Source: Ruminococcus sp. (lineage in GTDB: Bacteria; Bacillota; Clostridia; Oscillospirales; Acutalibacteraceae). From it: DNA of 64,000 bases. The notes under the pieces were generated by a model that was not told the origin of the DNA, did not search any database, and saw nothing but the letters and a program-made list of their open reading frames with translations. The stretch spans positions 17,849 to 81,848 of the forward strand of contig JAFQDM010000024.1 in NCBI GenBank assembly GCA_017416065.1. The letters are read 5' to 3'. Below, piece by piece: positions 26,915 through 37,279 of the stretch. The position numbers and the translations under genes were made by a program. Position 1 is the stretch's first letter, and each line of letters begins with the position of its first letter.

Positions 26915-28141
26915 ATGCGGATCTTGTTTTTATCCCTGTTGGATTTTAGTACATTTGAAGAAAATAACATATACACTGACCTGTTGCGTGAATTTATTAA
27001 AAACGGTCACGACGTTTATTGTATTTCTCCCGGGGAGAGAAGAACAGGACTAAAGACGCACTTAAAAGAGGACGGGCATCTTTTGAAGCTCAGAATCGGC
27101 AATACTCAAAAAACAAATATCATTGAAAAAGGCATTTCAACCCTGATGATCGAAGGTCAGTTTGTTTCAGCAATTAAGAAATACTTTTCAGACATCAAAT
27201 TTGACCTTGTTCTGTACTCCACTCCGCCCATCACTTTTGCAAGTGTTGTTCGGTTTGTAAAGAAGCGGGATGGGGCAAAAACATATCTTATGCTTAAAGA
27301 TATTTTTCCTCAGAACGCCGTTGATATTGGCTTAATGAAGAAAAAAGGAATTCAGGGTTTAATATATAAGTACTTCAGAAGCAAAGAAAAAAAGTTATAC
27401 TCCTTGTCTGACAGAATAGGATGTATGTCACAGGCTAACGTGGATTACCTTTTGCAGCATAATCCGGAAATATCTGAGGATAGAGCAGAGGTTTGTCCCA
27501 ATTGCATTGAGGTTTGTGATGTAAGGCTTAGTGAGAAAGAACGTGCAGCTATGCGTCAGAAGTATGGACTCCCTCAGGACAAAAAGATTTTCGTCTACGG
27601 CGGCAACCTGGGAAAACCCCAGGACGTACCCTTTATTGTGGATTGTCTTAAGAACTGCTCTGAGCAGGAGGATTCGTATTTTGTCATCGCAGGAAACGGC
27701 ACAGAACGCCATATCCTGGAGCAATACAAAGAGAAGGAAAATCCGACTCACCTGAAGCTTATGGGTCAACTGCAAAAACGTGAGTACGATGAAATGATAG
27801 CGTGCTGTGACGTGGGACTTATCTTCCTTGACCATCGCTTCAGCATTCCCAACTTCCCCTCAAGATTACTTTCTTATATGCAGGCAGGCTTGCCTGTGCT
27901 GGCATGCACCGACAAGCAGACTGATGTGGGAAGGGTTATCACTAAGGGAGGTTTCGGCTGGTGGTGCGAAAGCACGGACTGCCGTGAATTTTGCCGTATG
28001 GTCAAAATGATCTGCAACAAGGATTTATCGGCTACAGCAGAAAATTCCTTTGAGTTTCTGCAAAAAAACTTTAGCTCTGCACATTTGTACAGCATTCTGG
28101 AGCGTTCTTTTTATTCAATGGAGGGAAATGGTGAAAACTGA
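26915..28141 (+). CDS. GT4 glycosyltransferase (WbuB-like, probable L-FucNAc transferase)
   Basis: YSTPPIT, KDIFPQNAVD, YGGNLGKPQ, NFPSRLLSYM; fnlABC in the same locus. Confidence 0.8.
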   Translation: MRILFLSLLDFSTFEENNIYTDLLREFIKNGHDVYCISPGERRTGLKTHLKEDGHLLKLRIGNTQKTNIIEKGISTLMIEGQFVSAIKKYFSDIKFDLVLYSTPPITFASVVRFVKKRDGAKTYLMLKDIFPQNAVDIGLMKKKGIQGLIYKYFRSKEKKLYSLSDRIGCMSQANVDYLLQHNPEISEDRAEVCPNCIEVCDVRLSEKERAAMRQKYGLPQDKKIFVYGGNLGKPQDVPFIVDCLKNCSEQEDSYFVIAGNGTERHILEQYKEKENPTHLKLMGQLQKREYDEMIACCDVGLIFLDHRFSIPNFPSRLLSYMQAGLPVLACTDKQTDVGRVITKGGFGWWCESTDCREFCRMVKMICNKDLSATAENSFEFLQKNFSSAHLYSILERSFYSMEGNGEN

Positions 28142-28922
28142 GCTTTCTTTACAGGAAATTAAAGAAATATCATTTGATGTGCTCAAGCACTTTTGTCGGT
28201 TTTGCACTGAGAATAACATCCGTTTTTTCCTTTCAAACGGAACGCTGCTGGGTGCAATTAAGTATTCCGGGTTTATTCCCTGGGACGACGACATTGATGT
28301 TTTTGTTCCAAGGGAAGATTACGACAGACTTGTTAAGTCTTATCAGGACAGCGACAGGTACAAGCTGTTTTCTCCCGAGCGGGTAGCGGAATACAGATTC
28401 CCCTTCTCAAAATTATGCGATATGACCACGCTGAAAGAAGAATACAATATTGACAACGTAGTTTCCCTGGGTGTGGATATAGATATTTTCCCTCTGGATT
28501 ACTGCTCTGAGCATATACTCAGACCGAACGTGCAGAGAAAACTTAAAATATATCAGATAGGCTGTGTACTCTCTAAGTTTACCTCTTCAAAGGGGAAACC
28601 CATTCATAAACGATGTATCATCAGAGCTTGTCGTATGTTAGGCTTCAGGTTCTTTTCAAGCAGACTTATTAAGACTGTAAACAAGGAGAGTGCTTTGGGA
28701 AGCAGTCATATAGGTTGCCTTATGTGGCCTATATACGGTCAGCGTGAGGTTGTGCCTGCTGATGTTTTCTCAGATACCATAGAGGTGGATTTTGAAGGTG
28801 AAAAATTCCCGGCTCCTGCAGGTTATGACGTATATCTTCGCAGTTTGTACGGAGATTACGAAAAGGATCCGCCTTTGGATAAACAAAAGTCCCATCATAA
28901 TTATAATGCGTATCGAATTTAG
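28128..28922 (+). CDS. licD: LicD family phosphotransferase
   Basis: GTLLGA..GFIPWDDDIDV..PREDY, DIDIFPLD, YLRSLYGDY. Confidence 0.9.
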   Translation: MVKTELSLQEIKEISFDVLKHFCRFCTENNIRFFLSNGTLLGAIKYSGFIPWDDDIDVFVPREDYDRLVKSYQDSDRYKLFSPERVAEYRFPFSKLCDMTTLKEEYNIDNVVSLGVDIDIFPLDYCSEHILRPNVQRKLKIYQIGCVLSKFTSSKGKPIHKRCIIRACRMLGFRFFSSRLIKTVNKESALGSSHIGCLMWPIYGQREVVPADVFSDTIEVDFEGEKFPAPAGYDVYLRSLYGDYEKDPPLDKQKSHHNYNAYRI

Positions 28923-29094
28923 TTAATGTTTCCATTAAAAAATGGATTAATATTAAAATACATAAAATATAGAAAGGAGCTGTTAACCACCCCTTAATAT
29001 GAACAAAGTTTTTATTTAATGAAGCTGATCTTCGACACCTTCATTAAGTAGCGCAGAAGTGTCGAAGGTGAAAAATTAAAAAAGGAGTGTTAAA

Positions 29095-32000
29095 ATGAAA
29101 AAGACATTCAAGAAAAGTGTATCATTTCTGCTTGTTTTTGTGATGGTATTGAGCCTTTTCACTATCGTACCATTCACAGCACTTGCAGCTAATGACTACA
29201 CAATCAACAGTGCCGTGAGCACGGACAATTATTACAATCTTGTCTCTAAGAAGGATTGGGATATTGCTCCCGGTATCACAGAGTCCGAGATCGTTCTCAA
29301 CAACGATGCAGGCGATCATCGTCAGGCCATTTACGTTATGGAGGCTGACCTTAACAACGAGTACGTTAAGGTAACTCACAGCTACAACGGAATGATTCCT
29401 AAGTACGGTGATTACAAGACAGGTGTTATGTCTGAGCAGGCTGCTTATGCAGAGGCAAACGGCTACGGTAACGTAGTTGGTGCTATGAATACCTGCCTCA
29501 GCTGGTACACCGGCTATCCCGCAGACCGTGTAGGTGAGCCTCTGGGCTTCATCATGATGGACGGAGAGATTATCTTCGATCCCGGTAACTGCGGTTATGC
29601 ATACGGCAACGTAGGTTTCCCCTCCGTTGTTGTTATCAACAAGGATTTCGACGAGAACGGCAATCCCAGACCTGCAGACATTCCCAAGGTTGAGATGCCC
29701 CAGATCCGTTCAGCTGCTGACCTTGACGGTTGGGAGGAGCAGGTTATTCCTTGTTCTTCAGGCTACATTTTAAAGGACGGCGTGAACCAGGCATCTCCTA
29801 GCCACTCAGGTGTTGATCCCCGTTCAGTTGTAGGCATCAAGCCAGACGGTACAGTTGTAATTATGCTCAACGACGGTCGTCAGGCTCCCTACTCAACAGG
29901 TATGACTATGTACGAGCTTGCAGAGGTAATGCTTGACCTGGGTTGTTCTTATGCTGTTAACTGTGATGGTGGTGGATCCTCCACATACCTTTCTCAGCGT
30001 CCCGGCGAAGAGCTCAAGGTAAACAACTCTCCCTCTGACGGTGCAGAGCGTCCTACCACAACAGGTATCCTGTTCTACACCACAGCTCCTGCAAACGGCG
30101 AGTTCTACAAGGCTCACGTTGCTGCAGAGAATACTTATTACACACCTAACTCAACAGTTGAATTTGAAGCAATCGGTACCGATATGGGTGGTACAGAGGT
30201 AGAGATCCCCGCAGAGGCAGTATGGCAGCTCACAGATCCTTCCTTCGGTACTATCGAGAACGGCGTGTTCAAGTCCAACGGCAAATTGGGTGAAGTAACC
30301 GTACAGCTTGTTTACAATGACAAGGTTGTTGGTGAAAACACAATTACAATCGTTATCCCTGATATCTCATTCAAGACAGATACTATTATTATCGGTTATG
30401 GCGATACAACAGTTCTGCCCATTGAGGTAACCACAAACGAAGGCCGTAATGAAGTTACATACAGCGAAGGAGACATTGTTTATACATTGTCTGACGAGAA
30501 GCTGGGTACCATTTCCGGCGACAACTTCACCGCTTGTGCTGAAGATTCCGGTATGACAGAGGGTACTGTTACCGCATATATCTGCGGACAGACAGACAAG
30601 ACTATCTCTGCAGCTATTCGCTTCGGTAAGGCATCCGAGATCGTTTATGATTACGAAGACGGTCAGTTAATTCTGGACACTGATCCCGAGGTAGATCCTC
30701 CCGAGGGTGAGCCCTATGGCTGGTTTATCCGCGATACAAGAGCAAACGGCTATTTTGCATACAGATTCTTTGCAAAGAAGAACTATACTCCCGTAGGAAT
30801 GGATATTCCTGCAAGACTGTACATTGCTGACAGAGAGACAGGCAAGGTAAGAAACGGCAACTACTCTATGGGAGTAGATATTGACTGGACCAACGTTACT
30901 GCTTCCTGTCACGGACAGACGGATATTTTCTTCCCCGAGTCACTTGATCTGACAGATGCAACAAGTGTTGGATTCTGGGCTTATATTCCCAAGGAGCTTG
31001 TTACATCTTCAATGAATTTCCGCGGAGGCTTCCGTAAGGCAGACGGTTCCATGACTACCGTGGATAAAACTATGAAGGATATGCTGGTCAATACATCCGG
31101 TATCGGAGACGGCGGTTGGCTCTACTTCAACTGGGAGGTTCTGGATAATTATGCTGCATTTGAGTATTTCCAGATCAACAGCCACTATACAGCAGGCGCC
31201 GGTAGCTACAACTATTATCAGGATGTTAAGTACTATATTGATGACATCACAGTTGACTATTCCGATGCTACAATCGACCGTGAGAACCCCTACTTCACAA
31301 GCATGACAATTGCTGATGATTACACAAACGGCGCAGAGGTTTCCGGTCAGACCATCACTACTAACACAATTACACTGATGGCTCAGGCTTACGAGAATAC
31401 AACCAAGCCCAACGCTACAGGTCTTGACCGTAATTCCGTTAAGCTTTATGTTGACGGTGTGCTGAGCGATGCTGAGATTTCAGTATCTGCAGGCGGCACC
31501 ATCACTGTTTCCGACCTTTATATGAACGACGGTGTTCATACTCTCCTTATGGAGATCAGCGACGGTCAGGGCAACGTAGGTAACATTGCACGTAAGCTCG
31601 TTGTTAACACAGAGAAGAGTGCAGTTCGCCTGGAAGTTCCTGCTCCCCAGGTTGATCTTCTTCCCACAGGTTCAATCTATTGGGTAAATGTAGTTGCAGA
31701 TGATCTCGCAGCTGTAGATTCCGTTACAACCACAATCAGTCTTGACTATGTCAACGATTGGGAGCTGGAGGGTATGGAAGTTGCTTACGGCTTCGAGGCT
31801 GAGTACTATGTAAACACCCATAACGATGCAGTTATCACATTTACACGCACAGGCACAGAGGTTGCTGATACAGACGTTCTTGCAAAGCTTCCCATTCGCA
31901 TCTGGTATGCAAAGGGCTGGCTGGACGACAGCGGCATTCGTGCAAACTATATCTCCAACGATCCCAAGATGCAGGATAAGTACTATATCCTCACACCTCA

Positions 32001-34827
32001 CGCAATGTGGTATTCCGACGGTACAAGAGACTACAGACTGGTAGTTGGTGCTGAGGCAGGTAACGTAACATTTACTGACGGCAGCACAATGACCTTCTCA
32101 GCAAAGGATACAGTGCTTCAGACAGAAATGAACCGCTACTATACCAACGCTGACAGACAGGGTAAGTGGAGCTTCCACATCTGCACTGAGGGTACTGCTC
32201 AGAGCAAGGATGCTACATGTACAGAGGCAGGATACGAGAATCGTACATTCTGCGTAGGCTGCGGATGCGAATCCGTTGCAAACCTTGGCACAGAGTGCTA
32301 CACACACAACGGCTGCGGCTCCGTTCTTGATTGGGGCACAATCGTTCCCGCACTCGGTCACGAGTACGATGTAGTTGACGGCAAGCTCACTTGCGTAAAC
32401 GGCGGCGAGCTCTTCAGCGGTGTTTACACTGACGGCAAGACATACGTTGACGGTGTTGTTGTTGCTGACGGTTGGAACGCAGACAACACATCCTACTATG
32501 TTGACGGTGTGAAGCTCACAGGCTCTCACATTATCGACAAAGCAGTTTATACATTTGATGACAACGGCGTTTATATGCCTGACCACATCTATAACGGCTT
32601 CATTACAGACGATGGCGTAACAATGTACTTCTACACCAATACAAACTACGAAGATGAGTATCTGTATGTTAACGATGCAGCTTACTACTTCGTAGACGGT
32701 ATTGCTAAGGAAGGTACTTACACAATCAACGGCGAGACCTGTCTGTTTGAGGGTGGTAAGTTCATCTCTTGCTCCACAGCAGACATCATGGATGCAGGCT
32801 GGGAGAGCATGACTGTTACATACATCATCTACTCCGACGGAAGCATGATCCTAGGCGGTGAGGGTGCTACATACAAGTACACTTCACGTGCACAGCTTCC
32901 CTGGTACAAGTTCAGAACTAAGGTTACATCTATCCTTATCGGCAAGGATATCACATCTCTCGGCCACTATGCACTGGCTGATATCTACTACACCAAGTCC
33001 ATCACATTCGAAGAGGGCAGCAAGCTGAACTACATCGGCGCAGGTACATTCCTCTCCTGCTACGGAATCACAGAGATTGTTCTGCCTGATTCTCTGCAGA
33101 CAATCGTTCAGAACTCCTTCAAGATGTGTAAGAACCTTGAGGATGTATATCTGCCCGCAGGCGTTAAGTACCTCAACAAGCTTACTTTCGTAAACAACCA
33201 GAACGTTGTTATGCCTAAGATCAAGCTTCACGTTTATGAGGGTACTTATGCAGCAGATTATGCAGTACAGTACAACATTCCCTACGAGTATCGTGTATTC
33301 GTTGACTCCGTAATTGCCAGCGGCACATGCGGCGAAAACGCAACTTGGGAATTCTATAAGAGTGGCAAGATGGTTATCGGCGGCAGCGGTGCTATGGATA
33401 ACTACACAGGCAAGGATGCAACTCCTTGGGCAGATTATCTGACAGCTATCAAGTCTGTTGAGATCGGCAAGGACATTACTTCTATCGGTAACTATGCATT
33501 TGCTTACGGCACAGACATTGAGAGCCTTACCTTCGAAGAGGGCAGCAAGCTTGAGAAGATCGGTGCAGCAGCATTCCTGTACATGGTTTACACAACAGAG
33601 GTAGAGATTCCCGATACAGTAACTCTTATCGGTAACTTAGCTTTTGCATACTGCTCACACCTTGAGAGCGTTATCGTTCCTCAGAACGTAACCCTCATTT
33701 ATCCCCAGTCCTTCAAGAAGAGCGCAAGCGTTGTTCTGAACGTAGCTGAGGGCACATATGCTGAGTCTTATGCAAAGACAAACGCAATGGCATACGAGAC
33801 ACGTGAGTTCGTGGATATGGTTATTGCAGAGGGCACCTGCGGTGCAAATGCTACATGGACACTCTATGCAAGCGGTACTATTGTAATCGGCGGCAGCGGT
33901 GCTATGGATAGCTACGCAAGCAAGGACGTAACTCCTTGGGCAGATTACCTCAAGCAGATCAAGCATATCGTAATCGGTAAGGATATCACATCCGTTGGAA
34001 ATTACGCATTTGCATATGCAACCAACACAGAGAGCCTCACATTCGAAGAGGGCAGCAAGCTTGAGAAGATCGGCGCAGCAGCATTCCTGTATATGGTTTA
34101 CACAACAGAGGTAGAGATTCCCGATACAGTAACTCTTATCGGCAACCTTTCCTTCGCATACTGCTCACGTCTTGCAGATGTAGTTGTTCCCCAGAATGTA
34201 ACTCTCATCTATCCCCAGTCCTTCAAGAAGAGTGAGAACGTTGTTCTGAACGTAGTTGAGGGCACATATGGCGAAACATATGCAAAGACCAACGCAATGG
34301 CATACGAGACACGTGAGTTTGTTGATATGCTCCTCGCAGAGGGCACATGCGGTGCAGATGCTGCATGGACACTCTATGCAAGCGGCAAGATGGTTATCAG
34401 CGGCAGCGGTGCAATTGATAACTATGCAAGCAAGGATGTAACTCCTTGGGCAGATTATGTTAAGCAGATCAAAGAGGTTGTTATCGGCAAGGACATCACA
34501 GTTGTCGGCAACTACGCATTTGCATATGCAACCAATAACAAGAGCGTTACCTTCGAAGAAGGCAGCAAGCTTGAGAGAATTGGTGCAGCAGCATTCCTGT
34601 ACAACGGATATGTAACAGAGGTTGCAATTCCCGATACAGTAACTTATGTTGGTAACAGTGCATTTGCATATTGCTCCAGACTTGCAACCGTAAAGGTTCC
34701 CGCAAGCGTAAAGACAATGTTTGATAAGACATTCAATAAGAGCTCCGCAGTTACTCTGAACGTTGCTGCAGGTTCTTATGCAGAGAGCTTTGCAACCACA
34801 TACGGTATTGCTTACATCGTAAAGTAA
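29095..34827 (+). CDS. Large secreted protein: phosphodiester glycosidase (NAGPA-like) domain, Ig-like domains and BspA-type LRR repeats
   Basis: Signal peptide; PRSVVGIKPDG..DGRQ..GMT..AVNCDGGGSST; C-terminal IGKDIT.IGNYAF / IPDTVT.IG repeats; RBS AAAGGAG. Confidence 0.85.
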   Translation: MKKTFKKSVSFLLVFVMVLSLFTIVPFTALAANDYTINSAVSTDNYYNLVSKKDWDIAPGITESEIVLNNDAGDHRQAIYVMEADLNNEYVKVTHSYNGMIPKYGDYKTGVMSEQAAYAEANGYGNVVGAMNTCLSWYTGYPADRVGEPLGFIMMDGEIIFDPGNCGYAYGNVGFPSVVVINKDFDENGNPRPADIPKVEMPQIRSAADLDGWEEQVIPCSSGYILKDGVNQASPSHSGVDPRSVVGIKPDGTVVIMLNDGRQAPYSTGMTMYELAEVMLDLGCSYAVNCDGGGSSTYLSQRPGEELKVNNSPSDGAERPTTTGILFYTTAPANGEFYKAHVAAENTYYTPNSTVEFEAIGTDMGGTEVEIPAEAVWQLTDPSFGTIENGVFKSNGKLGEVTVQLVYNDKVVGENTITIVIPDISFKTDTIIIGYGDTTVLPIEVTTNEGRNEVTYSEGDIVYTLSDEKLGTISGDNFTACAEDSGMTEGTVTAYICGQTDKTISAAIRFGKASEIVYDYEDGQLILDTDPEVDPPEGEPYGWFIRDTRANGYFAYRFFAKKNYTPVGMDIPARLYIADRETGKVRNGNYSMGVDIDWTNVTASCHGQTDIFFPESLDLTDATSVGFWAYIPKELVTSSMNFRGGFRKADGSMTTVDKTMKDMLVNTSGIGDGGWLYFNWEVLDNYAAFEYFQINSHYTAGAGSYNYYQDVKYYIDDITVDYSDATIDRENPYFTSMTIADDYTNGAEVSGQTITTNTITLMAQAYENTTKPNATGLDRNSVKLYVDGVLSDAEISVSAGGTITVSDLYMNDGVHTLLMEISDGQGNVGNIARKLVVNTEKSAVRLEVPAPQVDLLPTGSIYWVNVVADDLAAVDSVTTTISLDYVNDWELEGMEVAYGFEAEYYVNTHNDAVITFTRTGTEVADTDVLAKLPIRIWYAKGWLDDSGIRANYISNDPKMQDKYYILTPHAMWYSDGTRDYRLVVGAEAGNVTFTDGSTMTFSAKDTVLQTEMNRYYTNADRQGKWSFHICTEGTAQSKDATCTEAGYENRTFCVGCGCESVANLGTECYTHNGCGSVLDWGTIVPALGHEYDVVDGKLTCVNGGELFSGVYTDGKTYVDGVVVADGWNADNTSYYVDGVKLTGSHIIDKAVYTFDDNGVYMPDHIYNGFITDDGVTMYFYTNTNYEDEYLYVNDAAYYFVDGIAKEGTYTINGETCLFEGGKFISCSTADIMDAGWESMTVTYIIYSDGSMILGGEGATYKYTSRAQLPWYKFRTKVTSILIGKDITSLGHYALADIYYTKSITFEEGSKLNYIGAGTFLSCYGITEIVLPDSLQTIVQNSFKMCKNLEDVYLPAGVKYLNKLTFVNNQNVVMPKIKLHVYEGTYAADYAVQYNIPYEYRVFVDSVIASGTCGENATWEFYKSGKMVIGGSGAMDNYTGKDATPWADYLTAIKSVEIGKDITSIGNYAFAYGTDIESLTFEEGSKLEKIGAAAFLYMVYTTEVEIPDTVTLIGNLAFAYCSHLESVIVPQNVTLIYPQSFKKSASVVLNVAEGTYAESYAKTNAMAYETREFVDMVIAEGTCGANATWTLYASGTIVIGGSGAMDSYASKDVTPWADYLKQIKHIVIGKDITSVGNYAFAYATNTESLTFEEGSKLEKIGAAAFLYMVYTTEVEIPDTVTLIGNLSFAYCSRLADVVVPQNVTLIYPQSFKKSENVVLNVVEGTYGETYAKTNAMAYETREFVDMLLAEGTCGADAAWTLYASGKMVISGSGAIDNYASKDVTPWADYVKQIKEVVIGKDITVVGNYAFAYATNNKSVTFEEGSKLERIGAAAFLYNGYVTEVAIPDTVTYVGNSAFAYCSRLATVKVPASVKTMFDKTFNKSSAVTLNVAAGSYAESFATTYGIAYIVK
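33007..34800 (+). repeat. Intragenic tandem repeats of about 170 aa (510 bp period)
   Basis: TTCGAAGARGGCAGCAAGCT recurs at 33007, 33532, 34042 and 34552. Confidence 0.85.
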
Positions 34828-34858
34828 GCAACTTCTCGTTACATTAACGTAATGTAAG

Positions 34859-34897
34859 AGGGGAATGGCTATCCCCATAAAGGTTAGCCATTCCCCT
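34859..34897 (+). terminator. 13-bp stem-loop after the 1910-aa gene
   Basis: AGGGGAATGGCTA-N13-TAGCCATTCCCCT; weak U tract. Confidence 0.55.
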
Positions 34898-34929
34898 ATC
34901 TATGTTAAATATCAATGGGAGAAATCTCT

Positions 34930-36039
34930 ATGAAAGTGCTTTTTATTAATTCTGTGTGCGGTATCCGCAGCACAGGACGTATTGTTGCACAGCTTGCAGA
35001 AGATTATATTAAAGAAGGTCATGAATGCCGTATAGCTTACGGAAGGGAAGAGGTCCCGGAGGCTCTCAGTCCCATTGCTGTTCGCATAGGGTCTGAGTTT
35101 AGTGTGAAAAGAAATGCAGTTTTGGCTCGACTGCTTGACAACGAAGGCTTTAACGCCAAAAGAGCCACAAAACAGTTTATTAATTGGGCAAATACGTATA
35201 ATCCCGATGTGTTGTGGTTGCACAATCTTCACGGGTATTATCTTAATATAGAATTATTATTTGATTGGATCAAAAGTCGTCCCCGGATGCAGGTGAAGTG
35301 GACTCTCCACGATTGCTGGGCATTTACGGGACATTGTTCTTATTTTTCATTTGTTGATTGTAATCGTTGGCAGCAGAGCTGCGGGAGCTGCTGTCAGTCA
35401 AAAAAATATCCTGCAAGCTTGTTCCTGGATTCTTCCCGGAGCAATTTTAATCGTAAGAAGCAGGCTTTTTGCGGTGTTAAGAATATGACGTTGATAACAC
35501 CGTCAAACTGGCTTGCGGATCTTGTGAAAAAAAGCTTTCTGAAGGACTATCCCGTGGAGGTATGCTACAATACAGTGGACACAAAGGTGTTTTGCAAGTC
35601 GCCCGGCAACTTCCGCGAAAAACACGGTCTGAACGGAAAGAGGATAGTCTTGGGTGTTGCATCTGTTTGGGATGAACGCAAGGGACTTGCTGATTTTATA
35701 GAATTATCTTCCTTGCTGGATGAAAGCTTTGCAGTAGTTCTTGTGGGAATTACTGAACAGGAGGCAAAGAATTGCCCCTCCTCAATAGTATGTATTCCCC
35801 GTACCAACTCAGCAAAGGAGCTGGCGGAAATCTACACGGCGGCAGATGTGTTTGTAAATCCCAGCAAAGAGGAAACCTTTGGCTTAACTACCTTAGAGGC
35901 CTTGTGTTGCGGAACTCCTGCCATTGTGTATGAAAATACGGCATGCGAGGAAGTGGCACGTATGCACGGTGGAATTGTGGTAGAACAGTCAGTCAAGGCT
36001 ATAAAGTCAGCTATTGAGCAGTTGAAGTTAGGCGGTTGA
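34930..36039 (+). CDS. GT4 glycosyltransferase
   Basis: STGRI, WLHNLHGYY, WTLHDCWAFTGHC, EETFGLTTLEAL. Confidence 0.88.
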   Translation: MKVLFINSVCGIRSTGRIVAQLAEDYIKEGHECRIAYGREEVPEALSPIAVRIGSEFSVKRNAVLARLLDNEGFNAKRATKQFINWANTYNPDVLWLHNLHGYYLNIELLFDWIKSRPRMQVKWTLHDCWAFTGHCSYFSFVDCNRWQQSCGSCCQSKKYPASLFLDSSRSNFNRKKQAFCGVKNMTLITPSNWLADLVKKSFLKDYPVEVCYNTVDTKVFCKSPGNFREKHGLNGKRIVLGVASVWDERKGLADFIELSSLLDESFAVVLVGITEQEAKNCPSSIVCIPRTNSAKELAEIYTAADVFVNPSKEETFGLTTLEALCCGTPAIVYENTACEEVARMHGGIVVEQSVKAIKSAIEQLKLGG

Positions 36040-36043
36040 GGTT

Positions 36044-37279
36044 TTGAAGATCCTGTATCTGGGCACAGTATGTGATTTTGATAAATACGAACAATTATTA
36101 AAAAAATGCAAAACCAAGCCATCGGTGGCCTCTGTGGTTTTTGAAACCGCTATGATGAAGGGTTTTGCAGAGAATGGTTCTGATGTACAAATTCTGAGCT
36201 ATCCTATGATCCCCACTTTTCCAAACAGCCGTTCATTGTTTTTCGGCGGTCACACGGAAAACTTGTGTGGCTTTCCTTGTCGCTGGCTTAAAACTCTCAA
36301 TCTTCCATTTGTTAAACAATGGTCACGCAGAGCAGATGCGCGCCGTGCAATGAAGGCCTGGGCAAAGGAGAACAGGGGAGACGGAGTGATACTTACTTAT
36401 TCGGTACCGCCTTTTCTCATTAAGGATATTCTGCAATTCAGTAAACGCTATGAGCTAAAAGCAGTTGCAGCTATTCCTGATCTGCTGGCTAATATGTATA
36501 TCAATCATAAGGGGTGTGCCCTTGTGAATTCTTTAAAGCAGCTGTATCTGAACAGAGCACTGAAGCTGCAAGGGGAGTATGATGGCTACGTTTACCTTAC
36601 TGAGGCTATGCGTGAGGTTGTTTCCCTTGAAAAGCCCTACATTGTAATGGAGGGAATATTGGATCGCACAGATGCTGCAAAGGAAAAAACTTCGGTTTCA
36701 TCACCCCGTGTAATAATGTATGCAGGTGGTATGCACGAAAAATACGGAGTTCTGAATCTGTTGGATGCCTTTGAGCAAATTGAAGATACCAGTGCTGAAC
36801 TTTGGTTGTTCGGGGAAGGTACTGCAGTCAGCGAGATTCAGCATAGAGCAAAGAATAATCCCCGTATCCGTTATTTCGGAAGTGTAAAAAGGGAAGAAGT
36901 CCTTGAGTATGAGCGAAAAGCCTCACTTTTGGTTAATCCCCGTTCTACCAAAGAAGGCTTTACAAAATACAGCTTCCCCTCAAAAACCATTGAGTATATG
37001 GCATCGGGTACTCCGCTTCTAACTACTAAGCTGGAGGGAATACCGCAGGAATACTCTGATTACGTCTTTACTGTCAGGGACAATGACGCTGTTCTGCTCA
37101 AAGAAGCTCTGAACAAGGCGCTGTCTTTATCTGATGCAGAGCTTAAGTCCAAAGGTAAAGCGGCGCAGAAGTTTGTGTATGAGCATAAAAACGCCAAGTC
37201 ACAGGTGGGACGTATCATTAAATTTTTAGAAAAACTTAGTGGAGAAGATCATGGAGTTAACGTTAAGGAAAAAATATGA
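36044..37279 (+). CDS. GT4 glycosyltransferase
   Basis: IMYAGG..KYGV, LLVNPR..YSFPSKTIEYMASG. Confidence 0.85.
   Translation: MKILYLGTVCDFDKYEQLLKKCKTKPSVASVVFETAMMKGFAENGSDVQILSYPMIPTFPNSRSLFFGGHTENLCGFPCRWLKTLNLPFVKQWSRRADARRAMKAWAKENRGDGVILTYSVPPFLIKDILQFSKRYELKAVAAIPDLLANMYINHKGCALVNSLKQLYLNRALKLQGEYDGYVYLTEAMREVVSLEKPYIVMEGILDRTDAAKEKTSVSSPRVIMYAGGMHEKYGVLNLLDAFEQIEDTSAELWLFGEGTAVSEIQHRAKNNPRIRYFGSVKREEVLEYERKASLLVNPRSTKEGFTKYSFPSKTIEYMASGTPLLTTKLEGIPQEYSDYVFTVRDNDAVLLKEALNKALSLSDAELKSKGKAAQKFVYEHKNAKSQVGRIIKFLEKLSGEDHGVNVKEKI

Noticed and set aside
33007-34800. CRISPR array or DGR template/variable repeat pair
   Set aside because: The repeats are in-frame coding modules with no spacer structure, and no cas or reverse transcriptase gene is in the window.
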